Position numbers and translations under genes: made by a program. A DNA stretch of 64,000 nucleotides from the human T2T-CHM13v2.0 reference genome, Homo sapiens. Under the pieces are notes generated by a model. The model did not search any database, was not told where the DNA came from, and saw nothing but the letters and a program-made list of their open reading frames with translations. The stretch lies in NCBI RefSeq assembly GCF_009914755.1, contig NC_060925.1. One strand, written 5' to 3'. Every line of letters starts with the position of its first letter. Position 1 is the first letter of the stretch. This document shows, one piece after another, positions 53,200 through 64,000 of this stretch.

Positions 53200-56100
53200 A
53201 TGGAATCATCTTCAAATGGAATGGAATGGAATCATCGCATAGAATCGAATGGAATTATCATCGAATGGAATCGAATGGAATCAACCTCAAACGTAAAAAA
53301 ACGGAATTATCGAATGGAATCGAAGAGAATCATCGAATGGACCCGAATGGAATCATCTAATGGAATGGAATGGAATAATCCATGGACTCGAATGCAATCA
53401 TCATCGAATGGAATCGAATGGAATCATCGAGTGGACTCGAATGGAATAATCATTGAACGGAATCGAATGGAATCATCATCGGATGGAAATGAATGGAATC
53501 ATCATCGAATGGAATCGAATAGAATTATGGAATGAAATCCAGTGTGATCATCATCGAATGGACCCGAATGGAATCATCATCCAACGGAAGCTAATGGAAT
53601 CAACATGGAATGAATCGAATGGAAACACCATCGAATTGAAACGAATGGAATTATCATGAAATTGAAATGGATGGACTCATCATCGAATGGATTCGAATGG
53701 AATCATCGAATAAAATTGATTGAAATCATCATCGAATGGAATCGAATGGTATCATTGAATGGAATCGAATGGAATCATCATCAGATGGAAATGAATGGAA
53801 TCGTCATAGAATGGAATCGAATGGATTCATTGAATGGAATCAGATGGAATCATCGAATGGACTGGAATGGAATCATTGAATGGACTCGAAAGGGATCATG
53901 ATTGAATGGAATTGAATGGAATCATCGAATGGTCTCGATTGGAATCATTATCAAATGGAATCGAATGGAATCACCGAATAGAATCGAATGGAACAATCAT
54001 CGAATGGACTCAAATGGAATTATCCTCAAATGGAATCGAATGGAATTATCGAATGCAATCGAATGGAATTATCGAATGCAATCGAATAGAATCATCGAAT
54101 GGACTCGAATGGAATCATCGAATGGAATGGAATGGAACAGTCAATGAACACGAATGGAATCATCATTGAATGGAATCGAATGGAATCATCGAGTGGAATC
54201 GAATGGAATTATGATCAAATGGAATCGAATGTAATCATCATCAAATGGAATCAAAAATAACCATCATCAATTGGTATTGAATGGAATTGTCATCAAATGG
54301 AATTCAAAGGAATCATCATCAAATGGAACCGAATGGAATCCTCATTGAATGGAAATGAAAGGGGTCATCATCTAATGGAATCGCATGGAATCATCATCAA
54401 ATGGAATCTAATGGAATCATTGAACAGAATTGAATGGAATCGTCATCGAATGAATTGAATGCAATCATCGAATGGTCTCGAATGGAATCATCTTCTAATG
54501 CAAAGGAATGGAATCATCGCATAGAATCGAATGGAATTATCATCAAATGGAATCGAATGGTATCAACACCAAACGGAAAAAAACGGAATTATCGAATGGA
54601 ATCGAAGAGAATCATCGAATGGACCCGAATGGAATCATCTAATGGAATGGAATGGAATAATCCATGGACTCGAATGCAATCATCATCGAATGGAATCGAA
54701 TGGAATCATCGAATGGACTCGAATGGAATAATCATTGAACGGAATCGAATGGAATCATCATCGGATGGAAACGAATGGAATCATCATCGAATGGAAATGA
54801 AAGGAGTCATCATCTAATGCAATTGCATGGAATCATCATCAAATGGAATCGAATGGAATCAACATCAAATGGAATCTAATGGAATCATTGAACAGAATTG
54901 AATGGAATCGTCATCGAATGAATTGACTGCAATCATCGAATGGTCTCGAATGGAATCATCTTCAAATGGAATGGAATGGAATCATCGCATAGAATCGAAT
55001 GGAATTATCATCGAATGGAATCGAATGGAATCAACATCAAACGGAAAAAAACGGAATTATCGAATGGAATCGAAGAGAATCATCGAATGGACCCGAATGG
55101 AATCATCTAATGGAATGGAATGGAATAATCCATGGACTCGAATGCAATCATCATCGAATGGAATCGAATGGAATCATCGAATGGACTCGAATGGAATAAT
55201 CATTGAACGGAATCGAATGGAATCATCATCGGATGGAAATGAATGGAATCATCATCGAATGGAATCGAATAGAATTATGGAATGAAATCCAGTGTGATCA
55301 TCATCGAATGGACCCGAATGGAATCATCATCCAACGGAAGCTAATGGAATCAACATCGAATGAATCCAATGGAAACATCATCGAATTGAAACGAATGGAA
55401 TTACCATGAAATTGAAATGGATGGACTCATCATCGAATGGATTCGAATGGAATCATCGAATAAAAGTGATTGAAATCATCATCGAATGGAATCGAATGGT
55501 ATCATTGAATGGAATCGAATGGAATCATCATCAGATGGAAATGAATGGAATCGTCATAGAATGGAATCGAATGGATTCATTGAATGGAATCAGATGAAAT
55601 CATCGAATGGACTGGAATGGAATCATTGAATGGACTCGAAAGGGATCATGATTGAATGGAATTGAATGGAATCATCGAATGGTCTCGATTGGAATCATTA
55701 TCAAATGGAATCGAATGGAATCACCGAATAGAATCGAATGGAACAATCATCGAATGGACTCAAATGGAATTATCCTCAAATGGAATCGAATGGAATTATC
55801 GAATGCAATCGAATGGAATTATCGAATGCAATCGAATAGAATCATCGAATGGACTCGAATGGAATCATCGAATGGAATGGAATGGAACAGTCAATGAACT
55901 CGAATGGAATCATCATTGAATGGAATCGAATGGAATCATCGAGTGGAATCGAATGGAATTATGATCAAATGGAATCGAATGTAATCATCATCAAATGGAA
56001 TCAAAAATAACCATCATCAATTGGTATTGAATGGAATTATCATCAAATGGAATTCAAAGGAATCATCATCAAATGGAACCGAATGGAATCCTCATTGAAT

Positions 56101-59100
56101 GGAAATGAAAGGGGTCATCATCTAATGGAATCGCATGGAATCATCATCAAATGGAATCGAATGGAATCATCATCAAATGGAATCTAATGGAATCATTGAA
56201 CAGAATTGAATGGAATCGTCATCGAATGAATTGAATGCAATCATCGAATGGTCTCGAATGGAATCATCTTCTAATGGAAAGGAATGGAATCATCGCATAG
56301 AATCGAATGGAATTATCATCGAATGGAATCGAATGGTATCAACACCAAACGGAAAAAAACGGAATTATCGAATGGAATCGAAGAAAATCTTCGAACGGAC
56401 CCGAATGGAATCATCTAATGGAATGGAATGGAATAATCCATGGACTCGAATGCAATCATCATCGAATGGAATCGAATGGAATCATCGAATGGACTCGAAT
56501 GGAATAATCATTGAACGGAATCGAATGGAATCATCATCGGATGGAAACGAATGGAATCATCATCGAATGGAAATGAAAGGAGTCATCATCTAATGGAATT
56601 GCATGGAATCATCATCAAATGGAATCGAATGGAATCAACATCAAATGGAATCAAATGGAATCATTGAACGGAATTGAATGGAATCGTCATCGAATGAATT
56701 GACTGCAATCATCGAATGGTCTCGAATGGAATCATCTTCAAATGGAATGGAATGGAATCATCGCATAGAATCGAATGGAATTATCATCGAATGGAATCGA
56801 ATGGAATCAACATCAAACGGAAAAAAACGGAATTATCGAATGGAATCGAAGAGAATCATCGAATGGACCCGAATGGAATCATCTAATGGAATGGAATGGA
56901 ATAATCCATGGACTCGAATGCAATCATCATCGAATGGAATCGAATGGAATCATCGAATGAACTCGAATGGAATCATCATTGAATGGAATCGAATGGAATC
57001 ATCGAGTGGAATCGAATGGAATTATGATCAAATGGAATTGAATGTAATCATCATCAAATGGAATCAAAAATAACCATCATCAATTGGTATTGAATGGAAT
57101 TGTCATCAAATGGAATTCAAAGGAATCATCATCAAATGGAACCGAATGGAATCCTCATTGAATGGAAATGAAAGGGGTCATCATCTAATGGAATCGCATG
57201 GAATCATCATCAAATGGAATCGAATGGAATCATCATCAAATGGAATCTAATGGAATCATTGAACAGAATTGAATGGAATCGTCATCGAATGAATTGAATG
57301 CAATCATCGAATGGTCTCGAATGGAATCATCTTCTAATGGAAAGGAATGGAATCATCGCATAGAATCGAATGGAATTATCATCGAATGGAATCGAATGGT
57401 ATCAACACCAAACGGAAAAAAACGGAATTATCGAATGGAATCGAAGAGAATCTTCGAACGGACCCGAATGGAATCATCTAATGGAATGGAATGGAATAAT
57501 CCATGGACTCGAATGCAATCATCATCGAATGGAATCGAATGGAATCATCGAATGGACTCGAATGGAATAATCATTGAACGGAATCGAATGGAATCATCAT
57601 CGGATGGAAACGAATGGAATCATCATCGAATGGAAATGAAAGGAGTCATCATCTAATGGAATTGCATGGAATCATCATAAAATGGAATCGAATGGAATCA
57701 ACATCAAATGGAATCAAATGTAATCATTGAACGGAATTGAATGGAATCGTCATCGAATGAATTGACTGCAATCATCGAATGGTCTCGAATGGAATCATCT
57801 TCAAATGGAATGGAATGGAATCATCGCATAGAATCGAATGGAATTATCATCGAATGGAATCGAATGGAATCAACCTCAAACGTAAAAAAACGGAATTATC
57901 GAATGGAATCGAAGAGAATCATCGAATGGACCCGAATGGAATCATCTAATGGAATGGAATGGAATAATCCATGGACTCGAATGCAATCATCATCGAATGG
58001 AATCGAATGGAATCATCGAGTGGACTCGAATGGAATAATCATTGAACGGAATCGAATGGAATCATCATCGGATGGAAATGAATGGAATCATCATCGAATG
58101 GAATCGAATAGAATTATGGAATGAAATCCAGTGTGATCATCATCGAATGGACCCGAATGGAATCATCATCCAACGGAAGCTAATGGAATCAACATGGAAT
58201 GAATCGAATGGAAACACCATCGAATTGAAACGAATGGAATTATCATGAAATTGAAATGGATGGACTCATCATCGAATGGATTCGAATGGAATCATCGAAT
58301 AAAATTGATTGAAATCATCATCGAATGGAATCGAATGGTATCATTGAATGGAATCGAATGGAATCATCATCAGATGGAAATGAATGGAATCGTCATAGAA
58401 TGGAATCGAATGGATTCATTGAATGGAATCAGATGGAATCATCGAATGGACTGGAATGGAATCATTGAATGGACTCGAAAGGGATCATGATTGAATGGAA
58501 TTGAATGGAATCATCGAATGGTCTCGATTGGAATCATTATCAAATGGAATCGAATGGAATCACCGAATAGAATCGAATGGAACAATCATCGAATGGACTC
58601 AAATGGAATTATCCTCAAATGGAATCGAATGGAATTATCGAATGCAATCGAATGGAATTATCGAATGCAATCGAATAGAATCATCGAATGGACTCGAATG
58701 GAATCATCGAATGGAATGGAATGGAACAGTCAATGAACACGAATGGAATCATCATTGAATGGAATCGAATGGAATCATCGAGTGGAATCGAATGGAATTA
58801 TGATCAAATGGAATCGAATGTAATCATCATCAAATGGAATCAAAAATAACCATCATCAATTGGTATTGAATGGAATTGTCATCAAATGGAATTCAAAGGA
58901 ATCATCATCAAATGGAACCGAATGGAATCCTCATTTAATGGAAATGAAAGGGGTCATCATCTAATGGAATCGCATGGAATCATCATCAAATGGAATCTAA
59001 TGGAATCATTGAACAGAATTGAATGGAATCGTCATCGAATGAATTGAATGCAATCATCGAATGGTCTCGAATGGAATCATCTTCTAATGCAAAGGAATGG

Positions 59101-62100
59101 AATCATCGCATAGAATCGAATGGAATTATCATCAAATGGAATCGAATGGTATCAACACCAAACGGAAAAAAACGGAATTATCGAATGGAATCGAAGAGAA
59201 TCTTCGAACGGACCCGAATGGAATCATCTAATGGAATGGAATGGAATAATCCATGGACTCGAATGCAATCATCATCGAATGGAATCGAATGGAATCATCG
59301 AATGGACTCGAATGGAATAATCATTGAACGGAATCGAATGGAATCATCATCGGATGGAAACGAATGGAATCATCATCGAATGGAAATGAAAGGAGTCATC
59401 ATCTAATGCAATTGCATGGAATCATCATCAAATGGAATCGAATGGAATCAACATCAAATGGAATCTAATGGAATCATTGAACAGAATTGAATGGAATCGT
59501 CATCGAATGAATTGACTGCAATCATCCAATGGTCTCGAATGGAATCATCTTCAAATGGAATGGAATGGAATCATCGCATAGAATCGAATGGAATTATCAT
59601 CGAATGGAATCGAATGGAATCAACATCAAACGGAAAAAAACGGAATTATCGAATGGAATCGAAGAGAATCATCGAATGGACCCGAATGGAATCATCTAAT
59701 GGAATGGAATGGAATAATCCATGGACTCGAATGCAATCATCATCGAATGGAATCGAATGGAATCATCGAATGGACTCGAATGGAATAATCATTGAACGGA
59801 ATCGAATGGAATCATCATCGGATGGAAATGAATGGAATCATCATCGAATGGAATCGAATAGAATTATGGAATGAAATCCAGTGTGATCATCATCGAATGG
59901 ACCCGAATGGAATCATCATCCAACGGAAGCTAATGGAATCAACATCGAATGAATCCAATGGAAACATCATCGAATTGAAACGAATGGAATTATCATGAAA
60001 TTGAAATGGATGGACTCATCATCGAATGGATTCGAATGGAATCATCGAATAAAAGTGATTGAAATCATCATCGAATGGAATCGAATGGTATCATTGAATG
60101 GAATCGAATGGAATCATCATCAGATGGAAATGAATGGAATCGTCATAGAATGGAATCGAATGGATTCATTGAATGGAATCAGATGGAATCATCGAATGGA
60201 CTGGAATGGAATCATTGAATGGACTCGAAAGGGATCATGATTGAATGGAATTGAATGGAATCATCGAATGGTCTCGATTGGAATCATTATCAAATGGAAT
60301 CGAATGGAATCACCGAATAGAATCGAATGGAACAATCATCGAATGGACTCAAATGGAATTATCCTCAAATGGAATCGAATGGAATTATCGAATGCAATCG
60401 AATGGAATTATCGAATGCAATCGAATAGAATCATCGAATGGACTCGAATGGAATCATCGAATGGAATGGAATGGAACAGTCAATGAACTCGAATGGAATC
60501 ATCATTGAATGGAATCGAATGGAATCATCGAGTGGAATCGAATGGAATTATGATCAAATGGAATCGAATGTAATCATCATCAAATGGAATCAAAAATAAC
60601 CATCATCAATTGGTATTGAATGGAATTATCATCAAATGGAATTCAAAGGAATCATCATCAAATGGAACCGAATGGAATCCTCATTGAATGGAAATGAAAG
60701 GGGTCATCATCTAATGGAATCGCATGGAATCATCATCAAATGGAATCGAATGGAATCATCATCAAATGGAATCTAATGGAATCATTGAACAGAATTGAAT
60801 GGAATCGTCATCGAATGAATTGAATGCAATCATCGAATGGTCTCGAATGGAATCATCTTCTAATGGAAAGGAATGGAATCATCGCATAGAATCGAATGGA
60901 ATTATCATCGAATGGAATCGAATGGTATCAACACCAAACGGAAAAAAACGGAATTATCGAATGGAATCGAAGAAAATCTTCGAACGGACCCGAATGGAAT
61001 CATCTAATGGAATGGAATGGAATAATCCATGGACTCGAATGCAATCATCATCGAATGGAATCGAATGGAATCATCGAATGGACTCGAATGGAATAATCAT
61101 TGAACGGAATCGAATGGAATCATCATCGGATGGAAACGAATGGAATCATCATCGAATGGAAATGAAAGGAGTCATCATCTAATGGAATTGCATGGAATCA
61201 TCATAAAATGGAATCGAATGGAATCAACATCAAATGGAATCAAATGGAATCATTGAACGGAATTGAATGGAATCGTCATCGAATGAATTGACTGCAATCA
61301 TCGAATGGTCTCGAATGGAATCATCTTCAAATGGAATGGAATGGAATCATCGCATAGAATCGAATGGAATTATCATCGAATGGAATCGAATGGAATCAAC
61401 ATCAAACGGAAAAAAACGGAATTATCGAATGGAATCGAAGAGAATCATCGAATGGACCCGAATGGAATCATCTAATGGAATGGAATGGAATAATCCATGG
61501 ACTCGAATGCAATCATCATCGAATGGAATCGAATGGAATCATCGAATGAACTCGAATGGAATCATCATTGAATGGAATCGAATGGAATCATCGAGTGGAA
61601 TCGAATGGAATTATGATCAAATGGAATTGAATGTAATCATCATCAAATGGAATCAAAAATAACCATCATCAATTGGTATTGAATGGAATTGTCATCAAAT
61701 GGAATTCAAAGGAATCATCATCAAATGGAACCGAATGGAATCCTCATTGAATGGAAATGAAAGGGGTCATCATCTAATGGAATCGCATGGAATCATCATC
61801 AAATGGAATCGAATGGAATCATCATCAAATGGAATCTAATGGAATCATTGAACAGAATTGAATGGAATCGTCATCGAATGAATTGAATGCAATCATCGAA
61901 TGGTCTCGAATGGAATCATCTTCTAATGGAAAGGAATGGAATCATCGCATAGAATCGAATGGAATTATCATCGAATGGAATCGAATGGTATCAACACCAA
62001 ACGGAAAAAAACGGAATTATCGAATGGAATCGAAGAGAATCTTCGAACGGACCCGAATGGAATCATCTAATGGAATGGAATGGAATAATCCATGGACTCG

Positions 62101-62378
62101 AATGCAATCATCATCGAATGGAATCGAATGGAATCATCGAATGGACTCGAATGGAATAATCATTGAACGGAATCGAATGGAATCATCATCGGATGGAAAC
62201 GAATGGAATCATCATCGAATGGAAATGAAAGGAGTCATCATCTAATGGAATTGCATGGAATCATCATAAAATGGAATCGAATGGAATCAACATCAAATGG
62301 AATCAAATGGAATCATTGAACGGAATTGAATGGAATCGTCATCGAATGAATTGACTGCAATCATCGAATGGTCTCGAA
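53200..62378 (+). repeat. Tandem duplication of a 4589-bp block (1750 + 1776 + 1063)
   Basis: Variants at constant offset 4589: CAACCTCAAACGT (53.29/57.87 kb), TAATGCAAAGG (54434/59023 A1 copies), AAAAGTGATT (55.47/60.05 kb), GAAGAAAATC (56210/60799 A1 copies) and a 713-bp deletion (56.96/61.55 kb). Outer boundaries are approximate. Confidence 0.88.
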
Positions 62379-64000
62379 TGGAATCATCTTCAAATGGAAT
62401 GGAATGGAATCATCGCATAGAATCGAATGGAATTATCATCGAATGGAATCGAATGGAATCAACATCAAACGGAAAAAAACGGAATTATCGAATGGAATCG
62501 AAGAGAATCATCGAATGGACCCGAATGGAATCATCTAATGGAATGGAATGGAATAATCCATGGACTCGAATGCAATCATCATCGAATGGAATCGAATGGA
62601 ATCATCGAATGGACTCGAATGGAATAATCATTGAACGGAAACGAATGGAATCATCATCGGATGGAAATGAATGGAATCATCATCGAATGGAATCGAATAG
62701 AATTATGGAATGAAATCCAGTGTGATCATCATCGAATGGACCCGAATGGAATCATCATCCAACGGAAGCTAATGGAATCAACATCGAATGAATCGAATGG
62801 AAACACCATCGAATTGAAACGAATGGAATTATCATGAAATTGAAATGGATGGACTCATCATCGAATGGATTCGAATGGAATCATCGAATAAAATTGATTG
62901 AAATCATCATCGAATGGAATCGAATGGTATCATTGAATGGAATCGAATGGAATCATCATCAGATGGAAATGAATGGAATCGTCATAGAATGGAATCGAAT
63001 GGATTCATTGAATGGAATCAGATGGAATCATCGAATGGACTGGAATGGAATCATTGAATGGACTCGAAAGGGATCATGATTGAATGGAATTGAATGGAAT
63101 CATCGAATGGTCTCGATTGGAATCATTATCAAATGGAATCGAATGGAATCACCGAATAGAATCGAATGGAACAATCATCGAATGGACTCAAATGGAATTA
63201 TCCTCAAATGGAATCGAATGGAATTATCGAATGCAATCGAATGGAATTATCGAATGCAATCGAATAGAATCATCGAATGGACTCGAATGGAATCATCGAA
63301 TAGAATGGAATGGAACAGTCAATGAACTCGAATGGAATCATCATTGAATGGAATCGAATGGAATCATCGAGTGGAATCGAATGGAATTATGATCAAATGG
63401 AATCGAATGTAATCATCATCAAATGGAATCAAAAATAACCATCATCAATTGGTATTGAATGGAATTGTCATCAAATGGAATTCAAAGGAATCATCATCAA
63501 ATGGAACCGAATGGAATCCTCATTGAATGGAAATGAAAGGGGTCATCATCTAATGGAATCGCATGGAATCATCATCAAATGGAATCGAATGGAATCATCA
63601 TCAAATGGAATCTAATGGAATCATTGAACAGAATTGAATGGACTGGTCATCGAATGAATTGAATGCAATCATCGAATGGTCTCGAATGGAATCATCTTCT
63701 AATGGAAAGGAATGGAATCATCGCATAGAATCGAATGGAATTATCATCGAATGGAATCGAATGGTATCAACACCAAACGGAAAAAAACGGAATTATCGAA
63801 TGGAATCGAAGAGAATCTTCGAACGGACCCGAATGGAATCATCTAATGGAATGGAATGGAATAATCCATGGACTCGAATGCAATCATCATCGAATGGAAT
63901 CGAATGGAATCATCGAATGGACTCGAATGGAATAATCATTGAACGGAATCGAATGGAATCATCATCGGATGGAAACGAATGGAATCATCATCGAATGGAA

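Larger units (their letters stand above)
1..64000 (+). repeat. Human satellite 2 (HSat2/HSATII) tandem array, GGAAT-rich strand on +
   Basis: Seen: the sequence is built throughout from GAATGGAATC, ATCATCGAATG and GAATCATCATC motifs with dense TCGA and no unique DNA. Established: ATCATCGAATGGAATCGAATGGA-type 23/26-bp monomers (CATTCGATTC on the other strand) define HSat2, as opposed to the purer (GGAAT)n of HSat3. Confidence 0.98.

Noticed and set aside
6-63935. About 200 short ORFs (MESSSNG/IIEWNRM/MEWNG-type peptides)
   Set aside because: They are low-complexity translations of GGAAT-derived monomers, overlap in several frames, and are freely broken by indels and stops. There is no domain, splice or promoter support.
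1-64000. CRISPR-like or other repeat-spacer system
   Set aside because: There are no unique spacers and no associated genes; all intervening sequence is itself satellite.
1-64000. HSat3 (e.g. DYZ1) or alpha satellite identity
   Set aside because: Pure GGAAT runs rarely exceed 3-4 copies, ATCATCGAATG monomers dominate, and there is no 171-bp period or recognisable CENP-B box.
1-64000. Inversion or transposon insertion within the array
   Set aside because: I saw no CATTC-oriented stretch, poly-A tail or non-satellite sequence; all marker spacings are accounted for by satellite indels.

Overview
The whole 64-kb window is one uninterrupted, single-orientation array of human satellite 2 (HSat2/HSATII): diverged (GGAAT)n pentamers with ATC/ATCATC inserts, arranged as 23- and 26-bp monomers, purine-rich on the + strand. 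The dominant repeat unit is 1776 bp with one EcoRI site, matching the classical 1.77-kb chromosome 1q12 satellite (D1Z1/pUC1.77; HSat2A2 by recall, not verified by alignment). Each unit consists of two 468-bp sub-repeats (A1, A2) plus an ~840-bp B segment that contains an older, diverged A-like copy. The unique marker TGAAATCCAGTGTG occurs 36 times, with spacings of 1776 (modal), 1308, 1282, 1750, 1781, 1775, 1773, 1766, 1503, 2639 and 2839 bp; every spacing is explained by module- or monomer-sized indels. Shared variants define nested higher-order duplications at offsets of 9832, 6142/6610, 5328 and 4589 bp. I see no genes, RNA genes, transposons or CRISPR arrays, and the ORF track is a translation artefact. 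I found no new gene system. What is interesting is the array architecture, conversion tracts and a unit-specific hairpin. Coordinates were derived by eye and from the ORF track, so block boundaries are approximate.
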